Shown: positions 24,751 through 38,559 of the stretch, in pieces
How positions within the stretch are numbered: the first letter of the stretch is position 1
Layout of the letters: the number at the start of each line of letters is the position of its first letter
NCBI GenBank assembly: GCA_951804945.1
Contig: OX638154.1
Coordinates: 62,124,001-62,188,000 of the forward strand
Length of the DNA stretch: 64,000 nt
Source of the DNA: Podarcis cretensis
Lineage: Eukaryota
Direction: 5' to 3'
The notes under the pieces: model-generated
What the model saw: only the letters and a program-made list of their open reading frames with translations
What the model was told of the DNA's origin: nothing
Databases searched by the model: none
Program-made: the position numbers and the translations under genes

Positions 24751-27700
24751 CTGTCTGTCGCTAGGTACTGATACATATTCAAAAAGTATAGCTTTGAAAT
24801 TAGTTTAAAATATGTTTCAAAAATGCAATAGTCCGTCACAGAATGCAATATTGCGTATGACGCAACTGCTGTGTTTGTAGGCCAGACCGTGACCGTACCA
24901 GGCATTTCAGTGCAGCAGTTCAAAGTATTCTATAGCTCAGTTGTATGCATATTGCCTCAGTAGTAACGTCCATGAAATTTAATGGGGCTGACTAATGTAG
25001 GTGTGCACAGGAATGCAGCCTGAGACAAACATTTCAGACCCAGAAATTAACATGCATTGATTTAGATGTTATCTTGTCACCTGAATCCTAAGAACATTTA
25101 AGTGGATGCAAATCCCATTGATTGAGATGGGATTTACACCTGCATAATTATTCTCAGGATCATAGCCCCAGGCATCATTCATTTATAAAATGTCTTAGTC
25201 ATGATCTTAGCTACTGAAGGAGATGCATATATTAAAATATAAATATTGAATCTTATGAAAATATATTTACAGAACAAATCTGTACGGAAAAATTGAATGC
25301 GACTTTTTAAAAAATAGACGTTTAATTCTTATTTTTATGTAAATGCATTAATGAGGTCATGTGAAGGCAGAAGGCAGAATAGTATGTCCAATGATGGTTG
25401 TTGTTGTTTTAAGAAACCTTTATATTATAAAAATTATTTCGTCTTGCTCTGAGTTACAGTGCAATCCTATACATGTGTACTAAGAAGTAGCTTCCATTGA
25501 ATTAAATGAGATGTGTATTGGGTGTGTATAGGAATATTATAATTTTTTTTGTAAGTGTCCATGGAATCAAGTGTCTATCTGTAAAAGCTGTCTGTGTTTT
25601 TCTGCTAATCCTAATCATCATTAACATGTATATTAACTTTATTAATTTAAAAAGTGTAGCACATTTCAAGTTTCTTAAACTCCACTGTATGGTAGACTGT
25701 TTTTCTTTTCTATGCACTGAAATTTGCACAAAAAATTTATATTTCTGTTTATAACTTAGGTTCTGAATTAGAGAAAATAAGACTTCTAAAATATATAATT
25801 TTCCCTATTTCCGTAATGGGGTGGGGTGGGGAATATACGCTTTTTCACACTTTGAACGTACACACTTCCTTCATGTTATACATCTCAATATATAGGTTTG
25901 GTTCAACTTCTAGTTTTAAAAGCCAGTTTAGAGCCAGGCATTGTGATACATAACCAGCAGTGATAAAATAACTGCTGGAACTTAGTACCTTATCTCTCCC
26001 GGATACAGTGGGTAGTATCCGCTGTATCATACTCTCAAGTAGACAAACTGAAAACAACTTAAGTCCTTTAACTTCAATGGAAATACTCTTGAGTATAATT
26101 TATTACCCAGTTTCTTTAGGGCACAAGGTTTGCCCCAATAAGATATGGTACTTAAGGAAGTTGAAAATATGACTTGAAGATCATTACCATTGGAAAAATG
26201 CTCTGCCATTTCTCATATGAATTTTGTTGTCTATTTTTGAGAAAGTAGCAAGTATGGGGACAACTAAATAGTAACCCGCTAGGTTTGTCACTTCTTTGTC
26301 ATTGGCTGGGATCATCATAATTAGGGTTGAAAGGTAGCATTCTAGATATTTTCCAGTTTTCACAAACCTATGTTGCTCTTCCATACTGTTTTGTTGGGTG
26401 AGATTATCTTGCTTATATCAGTTATCTTGTTACAATCTACATTTTTGCCTCAATTCTAGAATTTCAGATTCAATAGCATATAAAGTAGCAAACAACTATA
26501 AAAGGCAGACAAAACTAGTCGGTTCGCTTTTTTGACACTGTAGCAAAATAGTCACATAAATCAGTCATTTAATCACCATAGTCTATAAATACAGTTTGCA
26601 GTAATTATGCCTCTTAAAAACATTGTGTATTTTGAAACATATTTTACTGCAGTTTTTCTGTTTGTTTTCTTATTGCAGTGAATATATATAAGAGCAGGCC
26701 TCAGATTATCTTATTATGTATAGATTTGTAAACCAATTTGACAAATTTGAGTTGTAACTTGCTTTTAACTAATAAATTAAAAAATGTAAAATTTATTATT
26801 AAATAACACAACATTCTATAATTTTATCCTGAGGATATGATTTCTATTCATGAAACAATAGCAAATTCTATGTAAAACTATCAACCCCATTGCTGGACTC
26901 AAAAGATTTATAACCATGCTATATGCATTGTTCTCCTTTTTATAGGGACAGTCCTGATTAAATACCCACTTTTTTAATGTGCAATGAAAGGTTTCATTGA
27001 TTATTTGTACCAATAACTGATAAATGCTCTTAGTATAGTAATAATTAGCTTTTAGTGCTAATTATTTATAACTTGACACAATATAAAATTATTGATCTGG
27101 AAAGCAAGACCTATTGGTAGCGTAAGAATACAAATTTCTAAGTGCAGATAAATAATAAATTGTAACCATTGCTATGGTAGAGTTGTTTGTGAAATAGTAC
27201 AGCCCTTGGCTGGCTGGTTGGCTTGTTGTTTTTAAAGCCTCTCCAAAGAAAGATGGCTTGGTGTATTTTATTGATGGTATGGTTTAATGAAGAATTATTA
27301 TATTCTCCATACATCACAATTTTTGTTCAATCTTCAAATGTTTTTATTTTTCTTTGAAGCTACAGTTTGGGTTTATAGTTTTCCAGATGGAAACTAATTT
27401 CAAAATACGACCCAAGCAGCACACTACATGTTAGACAGCAGCTGTATATTACAATGCCTCTGGAGTGCATGATTTGCACTGAACAAGGGGCAGAAGTGAG
27501 AGAGTGCTTAACTCTTCCCCATTCAGTTGCTTTCTCCCTGAAACTCCCAACTGCTTTCATCCTTCAGGGATCCAGACACTTGTTTGTGAAAAACAGAACT
27601 TCAGCCCTTCAGGGTTAAGGGTGGCTAGATAGGGCTAGGTTTCAAGGGAAGGGTTCTCCGGTGCAAATCACCTCCTGCTGAGAATGCATTGCAACAGAGG

Positions 27701-27767
27701 AGGGACAATCTTGGGTCCCATGTATGTGGCTGCGGTGTAACATGTAGTTTGCCCTTTAAACACACAA

Positions 27768-28148
27768 GGTAAAAGTAAAGGTAAAGGTACCCCTGCCCGT
27801 ACGGGCCAGTCTTGACAGACTCTGGGGTTGTGCGCCCATCTCACTTAAGAGGCCAGGGGCCAGCGCTGTCCGGAGACACTTCCGGGTCACGTGGCCAGCG
27901 TGACATCGCTGCTCTGGCCAGAGCCAGAGCCAGAGCCAGAGCCGCACACGGAAACGCCGTTTACCTTCCCGCTGGTAAGCGGTCCCTATTTATCTACTTG
28001 CACCCGGAGGTGCTTTCGAACTGCTAGGTTGGCAGGCGCTGGGACCGAGCAGCGGGAGCGCACCCCGCCGCAGGGATTCGAACCGCCGACCTTTCGATCG
28101 GCAAGCCCTAGGCGCTGAGGCTTTAACCCACAGCGCCACCTGCGTCCC
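27768..28148 (-). mobile_element. Young full-length Sauria SINE
   Basis: Head GGGACGCAGGTGGCGCTGTGGG, B box GGTTCGAATCCC, (ACCTTT)n-type tail. Perfect 12-bp TSD TTAAACACACAA (27756-67, 28149-60). Confidence 0.93.
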
Positions 28149-28877
28149 TTAAACACACAAATAAGTCATTTATTAGAGCTGCTCCAGGGACTGCTGCCTA
28201 CCTAGAGAAGGCTGCCTGCTCTATCTTCTAAGAAAAGGTTGGCATCTTTTGCTGGGTGACGATGATAATCTCCACCTTAGAATGAGGGATGCCAAGTCTT
28301 TTGATCATAAAGGATAAGAATGAGTTTCTTTGTAAGTTTTTCGTGAAGTTATGAAGGAAGACGTGTCTGTCCTGTTACTACAAAGGCCTACTGTTTCCTA
28401 TTTTGTTTGTTCCCCAATCTGGTTATTTAAGGCTGGAAACAAATGAGACCTTTATTTATAGAAATATCTCATTTGTAAGGATCAGTGCCAGCCTCCCCGT
28501 AGGATACTAGACTTTGCAAGGTTCAGTGCTAGCTACTAACACCTGCAGTGTGAAAGATCAGTGCCACCATTAGCTACACACCCAAGTTCCAGGTCTGGAA
28601 AAAGTTGTTTAAAGATGGTCCTGCTAAAGCTTTGGGGCACCTCCAGTGTGATGGATCTGGATAACTATGAGGATATATAAAAATCATTTCAGTGTATTAT
28701 TGTCATAAGAATGATTCATCCAACGGTGATGCATTGAAAGAGCACTGGCAGCTCTGTGGATCATGCCCCTATGTTTATAGGACTCAGTTCACATGTGGCA
28801 GTGGGAAAATACCAACTCTTCTAATGGTGCAAATTTGTACTTTCTGGAGGAATCTGAGCCAGATCAGGAAACGATCC

Positions 28878-29295
28878 AGATCAAAGGCCTGGAAACGATG
28901 CCTTATGAGGAATGGCTAAGGGAGCTGGGCATGTTTAGCCTGGAGAAGAGGAGGTTAAGGGGTGATATGATAGCCATGTTCAAATATATAAAAGGATGTC
29001 ACATAGAGGAGGGAGAAAGGTTGTTTTCTGCTGCTCCAGAGAAGCGGACACGGAGCAATGGATCCAAACTACAAGAAAGAAGATTCCACCATTAGGAAGA
29101 ACTTCCTGACAGTAAGAGCTGTTCAGCAGTGGAATTTGCTGCCAAGGAGTGTGGTGAAGTCTCCTTCTTTGGAGGTCTTTAAGCAGAGGCTTGACAACCA
29201 TATGTCAGGAGTGCTCTGATGGTGTTTCCTGCTTGGCAGGGGGTTGGACTCGATGGCCTTGTGGTCTCTTCCAACTCTATGATTCTATGATTCTA
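28878..29295 (+). mobile_element. CR1 LINE 3' end (ORF2 C-terminus plus tail), 5'-truncated
   Basis: IKGLETMPYEEWLRELGMFSLEKRRLRGDMIAMFKYIKG...TRSNGSKL is typical CR1. Tail GGGGGTTGGACTCGATG...TTCCAACTCT(ATGATTCT)n. Confidence 0.92.
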
Positions 29296-29340
29296 GGATA
29301 CAAAAAAAGATAATAATGGGCATTGGGCAGCATTAGTAAT

Positions 29341-29420
29341 GTAAAAGGACCCCTGACCGATAGGTCCAGTCGCGGACGACTCTGGGGTTGTGGTGCTCAT
29401 CTCGCTTTACTGGCCAAGGG
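29341..29420 (-). mobile_element. Sauria SINE / Bov-B 3' fragment
   Basis: GTAAAAGGACCCCTG...GACTCTGGGGTTGTGGTGCTCATCTC matches 27781-27842. Confidence 0.75.
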
Positions 29421-29624
29421 CATTAGAAAGACATTGATAATGGTTCCTAGGTATGAATCTGAAATAGTAAAATACATCACCTGCTCCTAGCCACAATTTA
29501 TTAAGTATTTCTTGCCATGTGAATGCTGCAAGCCTGCAACTTTGTTTTGTACCCATCAAATTGTTGGGTACGTCAGTAAGATGCAGTAATTTGATGTAAT
29601 AATTTGCTGTACATAACTGAACCA

Positions 29625-29735
29625 ATAAGTCTTGGGTTCAAATCCCGGCTTAACCATGATGCTCACTGAGTGATCTTGGGCCAGACATTATTGTTTCTCC
29701 TAACCTATCTCACATGGTTGTTGTGCTGATAGAAA
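29625..29735 (+). mobile_element. MIR/Squam3-like SINE fragment
   Basis: GGGTTCAAATCCC B box; TAACCTATCTCACATGGTTGTTG. Confidence 0.55.
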
Positions 29736-29756
29736 AATGGGGTAATTCCTACTTAG

Positions 29757-29932
29757 GAACACAGGAAGCTGCCTTATATTGAGCTAGACCCTTGGTCCAC
29801 CCTGTATTGGATACTGTAACTGAGAGCAAGCTCCAGGGTTTTAGGCAGGGATCTCTCCTGGCTCTCCTTGGAAATGCTGAGGATTGAACCAAGGAGCTTC
29901 TGCATGAAAAGCAGATGCTCCACCACTGAGCA
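29757..29932 (-). mobile_element. tRNA-derived squamate SINE
   Basis: Reverse complement GCTCAGTGGTGGAGCATCTGC...GGTTCAATCC (A/B boxes), tail GGCAGCTTCCTGTGTTCC. Confidence 0.75.
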
Positions 29933-31069
29933 CTGTCCCTTTAACTTACCTGAGTTCTTTGGGAAAAGACAAAATACAACTGTAATAAATTTATGTGTAA
30001 GTCTTGTAAATTGAACTATGATTGATGTAGGTTAGTATGATTGTTATGGTATGCCCTCCCCCTTCTAACACAAACTTTTATTTACAAATGTAAATACAGG
30101 CAATGAAAAGGAAGGGCACAGCTTAATTAAATCACTAATATGTGGGGAAAGGAGTCATTAGTATTTCATGGGTAGACTTGTGGGACAACTATGGTAAGCA
30201 AACCCTTCTTATTTTTATATCTCCACTTTGTTGAGGCTGGAAAACCTTTAACTGTTACAAGTGCATTTGGAGCTGGATTAAGTCAAGACGATGTAACTTC
30301 TTTCATGAAATATCACATATAAGACATGATGCAACAGTGTTTCTTTTCAGCTGTGCAACTTGCATTGGCCACATCCTTATTTTATTCAATAACTACTTTG
30401 TCACAGCAGTCTATGTCGCTTTGACTATTGGTGTTGTTATTATTTTCAGTAGTGGTACCCCATTGTCCGCAATTTCTACAGAATTTCTGCAGCAGCATAA
30501 CTGCTTATTAGCTTGAGAGGAAGTGTTCACATTAGTCCAGCTCTGTGCTCTTTCCATTGGCTTCCTAAAGAGTGGCAGATTGAATTTAGAATGACATAGG
30601 TCCTAATAAAGACAATGAATGATTTGAGCACTGGCCATATTTGAAATTTGCTTTTAAGCCTCTCCTACAGAAAATGTGTGCCACCCAATGTTAAGAGATA
30701 TTCACTGTCTCATCTGAAGCCAACCTTTGTGTTCCTATCACCCACCAATGAAGCTCTGTTTTTTCTGATATTTAACTTTGTCACCTTTCAATCTCCCAGC
30801 AGTCTTTTAAAATGTAATTAATATTTAAGTTTTTTTAATTATAATCTGCCTTGTTAGGGCTATAAACACATGGGTTATATGTAAAATTATGTTGCTGTTA
30901 TTATTTTTTGTAATATTACTTCCCATAAGTAACGTTCACTATGTGCGCACAATGAAGAAAAATACGTTGATGATTATTTCCTAATGGCTGCACTTACCAA
31001 CATGTGTGCTGCTAGGACCCAGCCTGAAACACAAAAACCTACAAAACCAGTTTGATTAGAGATTATACC

Positions 31070-31071
<2 letters not shown>

Positions 31072-31107
<36 letters not shown>
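31072..31107. repeat. (GA)n microsatellite
   Basis: Direct inspection. Confidence 0.95.
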
Positions 31108-31109
<2 letters not shown>

Positions 31110-31814
31110 AGTATTTATATGATGGGTAATGAGCAACACTGAGGCTTCAGCTTCTCTGTTACAAAAAAAGAAATTTACAAGCCTGCTTTTTTGTTTAAAC
31201 CTTCAGAGGATTTTTATATATTAGGATGCTATTGTGCAGGGAAGTCAAAGTACATAGCTGTTTTATATTCTTTATACGGAGAAGGCCAATAAAATGGTAG
31301 CATCATTGCAAAGGGGCTAGCTAAATATTTAGAACTCTTGTCTCCTTTTGGTCCGAAGATCTAGCAGATAACATCCATAATTTGAGTGCTGTAGTGAGGG
31401 GTTCCTCAGCCTTTAAAAAATAAAATATTTAAATGAAATAAGGAGTTTAAAGTGTACAAAATAGCGAAGTGTGCCACTTATAATTGGTGATGTCATGAGA
31501 ACTTTAAAATGGATGTTCTAATGGGGTTTTTTTTATTAAAGATTGTTGTGACACATTTTATTGTAGATGGAAATAGAAGTACCATCTTGAGTAAAAATAA
31601 CTATCTGCCTGTTTAGTTTTTCAGTATGTACATATATCTGGAAAAGCTCTTAGTTTCTACTTTCTGCTAACAAGCATACATCAGCAAATCAAGAACAGAA
31701 TGCATTATTTACTGCACTTTTGCAGTGTTAAAGTAATGAAACTAGAATATTTCTCACTAGTAAACTCACAACACATACTATTTTCATGTAGCTGTCTTCT
31801 ATCTCCAGATCTTT

Positions 31815-31950
31815 TGATCTATCCAGACCAACGCTTTCTACTCTGGTAGTGTCACTCCAAGATATTGGGCAGAGATCTTTTAACAAGTGATGCCAGGGAT
31901 TAAACTGGAACCTTCTGCACATGAACCATGTGTTTTACTACCAAGCTATG
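31815..31950 (-). mobile_element. Same tRNA-SINE family, degraded
   Basis: GATGCCAGGGATTAAACTGGAACCTTCTGCACATG...TACTACCAAGCTA. Confidence 0.55.
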
Positions 31951-34049
31951 AGTTTTTCAGCTTAAAACACATTTAAACTGGTCAGCTGATTTCCATCAAA
32001 TTTGACTTTGAATTAAGGGAGCTGTCCTAAGCTCCCATGTAGAACAGCTGAGGGGCCATTTGATGCTGTGGACCTCCCTTATCAAAAAAAGAGAACTGCT
32101 TATGCTGCTATATCTAAAACTGTTGTTTAAGCAGTCCTTGTGCAAAATTATGCTATCAAATCTATAAAGCAACATGAATTAAGGGGCAAGCAAGTGCCTT
32201 GCAAGCAGGTCCCTCTAGCTATTGCACATTATAGGCTGCATCTCACATTGTAGAATTTGGACCTAAGTCAATTGATTATAATGAGTCTATTCTGGGTATG
32301 AGTTAGTCACAAACCATGCACAGAATTTAGAATTAGCCTCCACAGAATGGCCACTCTACTGGGTGATAAACCCAGAGACCCTCTCAGATTAAAACAGTTT
32401 TAAAATGTTAATAAATAATAGAATTATAGACCATCAAAAGTAGAATTTTGGAGCACTGATAATGTTCAGTATGACTGTAAAGCTGTTGTTTTTCAATTGC
32501 TTTCTCTCTTCTCCCGTTCTCTGTCTTAAAATCAGATAATCACCATCATTTGAATGTACAGTTATGTTTAATTTATTTAGCAGCTTTGCTGAACTAGTGC
32601 AATAACCCTCCACAACCTCCATATGTTTTAGACTACAACTCCCATCAGGCATTGCGAGTTGTAGTCTAAAACACCTGGAGGATATCAGGTTGGCAAAGGA
32701 TGCTCTACAACTTTGTGCAGTGATATCTTTATGTGGCATCCTCTCTCAGCTTATTCTCCGCTATAAATGCACAACGTTAAACTGATTCTTAAAAATACAA
32801 AACAAATATGGTTTTAAACTAATATAGGTTTATCCCCAGCAGAAACTTGTGTTGCTTAATCTGTAAATTTATCTGTAATGCAAGATAATTTCTGTCTAGA
32901 CAGCCCCTACAGACATGTTCTGAAACTCTAGCCCTACAAGAGACTTATTTTCATTCGAACAGAATCATGTGCAACAGTTTGTTTCATTAGGCAAAGTGGC
33001 ACATGGTGTTGGTAGAATTGTGGGGGCAGCAATTGGCCAGTGTCTTCAAAATGTTGGCTAAATAGGGACTGTTCTTTGGTTTTTATAAAATTAGAAATTT
33101 CAGTTGGCATGCCGTAGCTATGCTGTGCATACACAATGCATGTCCCCTCTGATTTTCAGAGCTCTGAAATCCCTCAAAGGTTCTCAGCAATAACCTTCAG
33201 CAGCAGCTTGGTGAAAATCCTTCTTTATATGCCTTAGCTTTCCCGAAGCCCCATGGTGCAAGGCTCCATTTCCTTGTAACAGTTAGCATAGCTCCATCAG
33301 AAGCAGTAGGGGTAGCAGGATGAGTCAGTGGAGCTACAGGAGCTAAAAGTACAGCCCAGAGAGCCCAAGAAAGAGTGGTGAGAGAAAACAGTCTGGTCCA
33401 AGCTATGCTGTAAGAAAGGCTGGAAAGAGGTTAAGTGTGGCAGGGGATAGAGGACATTGGTGGGGCCAGTGGCTACTAGAAAGAAGGACCCAAGCCTTCG
33501 GGGTCACATTCCCTTGTAGGCAACAGGGACCACAAGCAAAAGTGCATGGAGGAAAGGATAAAGGTCCTTGAATTTGGAGTGATCTTGACGCTGGAGTTGT
33601 TGCAGTTCTGGTTGAAGTACCCAGGGCCAGAATCAATTATGTGTTGTGGGATCAGTTGTAGCTTAGTCTGCTAATGACAATGAAGTGCTGGCAGCAATAT
33701 ATCTGACCACATGGCCTCTTGACTCATGTCCCTCATGGCTTTTAAAATCTAGCACAGGGGGTCTGATTGGTTGGGTCCAGAGCATGGTTAATGCTACATT
33801 GTGTGAGGGGGTATTCCCTCTGCCTTGAAAGGGGCAGTGGTGCAGTCACTCTGCAAGAAACCAGCTCTGGATCCTTTAGACTGGAACAACTATCAACCAG
33901 TTACAAATACCCTGGGGGGGGGGGAGGTGATGGAAAAAGTTGTGGTTTCCTCTTGTGCTTGATCTAAAAGCTGCAGTTAGTGCAGAATACCCTAAAATGA
34001 TGGCTGACAGGAGTGAGACTTTAACAGCATATAATACTTCTGCTCAGAG

Positions 34050-34810
34050 ACCTGCACTGGTTCCTGATACGCTACCAGGTGAAGTTCAGAGTGTTGCTAT
34101 TAGTATATAATGCCTTGAACATCTTGGGACCAGTTTATTTGTTGGATCATCTTGCCTGATTTGTGCCCACTTGACCACTTAGATTTGTGGAACTGGCATG
34201 GTTACATATGCTGCATAATACTTGTTCTGCATCTGTAAGAAATCAGTGCTTTAGCGTGGCAGCACCTCCACCTTGGACCTCCCTGCTGATTTGACTTCAG
34301 GCAGGCACCTTCACTGTACAGTGGTACCTCTGGTTGCGAACGGGATCCGTTCTGGAGCCCCATTTGCAACCCGAAAGGAACGCAACCCGCTTCTGCGCAC
34401 ATGCGGGTTGCGATTCGCCACTTCTGCACATGCGCATGATGTCATTTTGCACGTCTACGCATGCGCGAGTGGTGAAACCCGGAAGTAACCCTTTCCAGTA
34501 CTTCTGGGTCACCGCAGAATGCAACCTGAAAAAACGTATCATGAAGCAAACGTAAAAAGAGGTATGACTGTATTCTTTTCAGCCCCTGCTGAAAACATTT
34601 TTGTTTAGGCAAGCCTATCCAGACATGCAGAATGTTAACAAGTGTTTTAATCTGGTATTTAGCTTATTGTTTATTTTTATTCTCTGAATGTTTTGAATAG
34701 TTTTTAACTGTTTTGAACTGATAATTTTATTGTTTTGTTCTTCTTGTAAATTGATTTGAGCGCTTATTACATTCAAATGATATAAAAATCTTGTGAAATA
34801 AATGAATAAA
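34050..34810 (+). mobile_element. L2-clade LINE 3' fragment (interrupted by Tigger-like MITE)
   Basis: LHWFLIRYQVKFRVLLLVYNALNILGPVYL motif, GCTTTAGCGTGGCAGCACC, and an AT-rich tail ending AAATAAATGAATAAA. Confidence 0.72.
34319..34570. mobile_element. Tigger/pogo-like MITE (second family)
   Basis: TA|CAGTGGTACCTC ... GAGGTATGACTG|TA, with GCGCATGCGC-like internal motifs. Confidence 0.82.
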
Positions 34811-36322
34811 ATTTAACCTCCAGTACAAGAACTATCACTTTGCTCTATAGTGTCCTTCTTACAGTTTATAACAGAAGTTTTAATTCTATTTTTTAATTGC
34901 TGAAGTAAAAGAAGTTAACAAGAAGAATACACATTTTGCTCTTTGGATGGTGGTGAGCTGACACAATTTGTACCATACCTTAAGGTATATTAGCAACAAT
35001 CAAAACTTTAGACTAACATTTTGGATAGTGAGTTTAATTTTTTAACAATGCTTGCTTGATCAATTCAGTAGAGGATGGCAACATTTTGATCCCAGCGGGC
35101 AGAAGATATAAAATATGAGCAGCTCAGGTTGGTGTGATGTATGTGCAAACTTTGGAATGTTATTGCACTCTTAACCTAGGAAATGGAAGGAAAGTTTCAG
35201 GAATATATAGTGATCAATGCATATTGCCAGTTGTGCAAATAGCCAATTATCAACAATGTAACTTTTCATCCATGTAATTCAAGATTCTGCCACCACTCTA
35301 ATAATTTTACATAAGCCTAATTACTCCAGTGCGCTTTTACCTATTTTTGATCTTCCAATTTGATTAGAGCTAACCATAGTAAAAAAAAAAAAAATCTCTA
35401 AACATTTGAGCTTCAATAACAATTTCTTTCAAGATGAAAAAGGTGTCCTGAATTTGAAAGTATAAAGGTGAACATTACATTACAATGCCTTTAGTCCCAA
35501 AACTTGCCAAAGTTACTAGGGCAACCACATCTCCCAGCCTGCCAATCTACTCCCCCCCCCCACACCTACTCTTCAGCCATTCATGAATCCCCCTGTGCCA
35601 TTTCCTTTGAGTTGCGCCAGCAGTGCACCATCACTTATGCACACCATCCTCATATTGCGGCTTAGTCACCAATGCTTTTTTTCTAACCTGGATATGGTCA
35701 GGCTGGAAGAAGATGCAAAGCACACTCCTGTCATCCATTCTTGACAAAAAATACTGTTGAAACAATTGCCGTCACAGGAATCAGCATTAACAGAAACAAC
35801 AACAGTAGCAGGAACAAACAGCTAGTGCATGTCCAAATGTCCTCATGCTCCACTTCCAAGAGTCAGACGAATACCCCACCCTGCATGTCCAATAGATGGG
35901 ACAAGCTCTGGACTGCAGCTGGTACTCTTTGTTGATAAACAGGACCTGCTTACTTTCAGTAACACATAGCAATTTAAAATAATAATAATAATAAACAGAT
36001 CTAGAACAATTTTACATTTAAAATATTGAAGGCAGGATACATATGAGATATGAGAACATAGGAATTGTCTCCTAAATCAGATCTAATGGTCCATCAGGTT
36101 CAGCATCTTGTTTCCACAATGGCCAATTAGATGCTTCTGGGAAGCCCCCAACACTTTGTGGCCAGTCGCAATGGGCCAATTTTATTTTATTTTTTGCACC
36201 TTTGGGATTCTGCCCCCACCCCACAAGTTTGTTGTTCTGCACACAGTTTTTTCTGTATCTGTTGCTAACTCATTGTTCATAGATGGTGCCTACATAAGGA
36301 TCCACACTTGTAGAGTATATAG

Positions 36323-36619
36323 CAGGGGTTGGCAACCTAAGGCCCATGGGCCACAAGCGGCCCACGGGGGATGTTTAACCAACCCACGAGCCACCCCCAA
36401 ACTGAGCCGCCCGCTCAGCGAGTCCCCCGCACTGTGTTAAACCAGTGCAGTGCAATGCAACGCAGGGGCTTGCTTTCACAGTGCCAGAAATCACGCCTGC
36501 ACAGACGCAGATGCCAGAAATCGCAGGCATGCACACTCAGGCGCACACGCAATCCGGCCCATGAAGGGATCTCCACTGGAGTGAACCGGCCCAGGCGAGG
36601 TAAACCTTGTCGACCCCTG
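36323..36619. mobile_element. hAT (Charlie-like) MITE
   Basis: TIRs CAGGGGTTGGCAA / TTGTCGACCCCTG. Perfect TSD GTATATAG (36315-22, 36620-27). Confidence 0.9.
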
Positions 36620-36964
36620 GTATATAGAATAAATATGTTCAAGTTTTTATAACTAGGATTCAGCAGAACTCAATATTGAGTTCGTGGACTACGATATAGG
36701 ACATTATGCTTGATTGCTAAATCAACTTTCATCATGACAAAATATTGAATAGTCTCCATTTCAGTGTCTGTTACATTAAAAATCCAAATTATTAAATGGG
36801 GGGAAAGCAATGAAACATTCAGAATTCCTTCTCTCCCCAACAGACTGCACTTCTACATTGTTCCTTCATAATGTGAACATAGGTGCAGACAATGCCTTCA
36901 TTGCTATATCTAATAAGAACCTATCAGATGCCAATTCAATCTATTTGTTCATTTAGCACAGTAT

Positions 36965-36983
36965 TGACCACTAGAGGACAGCA
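36965..36983 (+). promoter_or_regulatory. CTCF-like motif with possible upstream module
   Basis: TGACCACTAGAGGACAGCA, preceded by GCACAGTAT resembling the upstream TGCAGT module. Confidence 0.55.
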
Positions 36984-38559
36984 TGGTGGGGTAGTGGTGC
37001 TTACCTGACATCCTTGCACCTGCATCGCTGCTGCTTACTGGGTGGGATCAGCGCATGGCAGGGGGGGAAATGGTGTTCCTGCCAGTTTGTTCACCACAAT
37101 GCAGTTTCCTATTGCCTCACCCCTCTCCTTCTCGGCAAGCAGCGGCAACTTAGCAGCCAGAAGTTTGGGTGAGTGCCACTGCCTCACCACGCCATCCAAT
37201 CCAGTATTGGTATTCTCTCCCCTGCTGGCAAAATATTAGAGCTGAGTAGGGCTAAAAGATCCAAGATCTAAGAGGAGGATCTAAGAATAATTTGCAAATG
37301 ATCAGTGTTGTGTTTTACAATGCCACTGAAACAAGTTAGCCAACTAAACAGTATTTTCTGCACTGAGGTTTTCTTTCTATTCCAAAGCGAGAAAACCTCT
37401 ATTTCTCTCTATTTCCCAGATGTCATCTATTCCAAACTCCTAATGCAGGGGTCTTCCTGATGTTGTAGGACTCTAACCTATACCAGGCCCAACTAGCATG
37501 GTCAATGGCCAACGTTATCTGAAAGGTCACAGGTTCCTAAGCTCTGTCTTAGTGCAAGGCACAGCTACTCCATCCACTCTATGCTAGTCACAATCAAAAC
37601 AGGATCACATGTCACAAGCATAGAACAAGTTTTCTGCAGAAGGCCACTTGCAAAGCAAATTTCTGTGAACAAGCCAAACCTCAGATTGCAGGGGCAGACA
37701 CAGAAGAAAAAGAAAAGACAAGATTTAACTTTGAACAAAATTTCTTCTCATAGAGTTGCCTGATTTTGCTGCAGAATTCTCACTGCTGGAGAGGAACAAG
37801 CTGCCATGCAATTTAAGAAAGCATTATATTTGCATTCTCTCCTAGATATGCATGCCTCAAGCCTTAAATATGCTGATCTGTGAGACCGTACACACAAACA
37901 AGACTTGGCCACAACGGGAGAAACCTTCCTGATTTAAACAGGCCAAAATAGCATCACAGAAACTGAGCATAAGGCACATTGCAAGCAGTAGTTTTAAAAT
38001 AATTTCAGTGAAAAAATTGTTTTACACTAGCAGATGGTTGAGATCCTTTAGTGGTCTGTTTTTACAGGTACTTTAGATACTGGACATTTTGCAACTACTT
38101 TTCAAGTTGAATGGTGTAATGAATGAATGAAATGACCAAAGGGTTTTGGAAAGAGAGAAGTTACTCCAAGGACTGCACGATAGTGTACCCATTGGTTTCA
38201 CTGGTGCTTCTTCCCAAACACTTGCGCTTAAAATTTAAGCATTCAGACACAGTTTCCTCAAACACACACCATGTGAATTAATGGAAGCAAGTCCATTAAT
38301 TGCAAGTAAACTTACTTCCAAGTAATGGGTAAAACTGATCGCTTACTTCCACCGGATGGGATCCTGAGTCTAGGCTCTAGGGTCTATGGAGCTTTCTTGT
38401 GCAAGAGAGGATTTCTGACCCCTTAAGTGGCAAGCCTACGCCTCCTTACCTGGGAACAATTCCCAGCGAACTCAAAGGGGGCCAATTCCGAGTAAATGCA
38501 CCTAGGATGGAACAGTGCACGCACTATTCAGCTAAGGGAACTGGTGGCAGAATATTACA

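Noticed and set aside
28793-29095. 100-aa ORF with protein-like composition
   Set aside because: C-terminal remnant of CR1 ORF2 with a frameshift, not a host gene.
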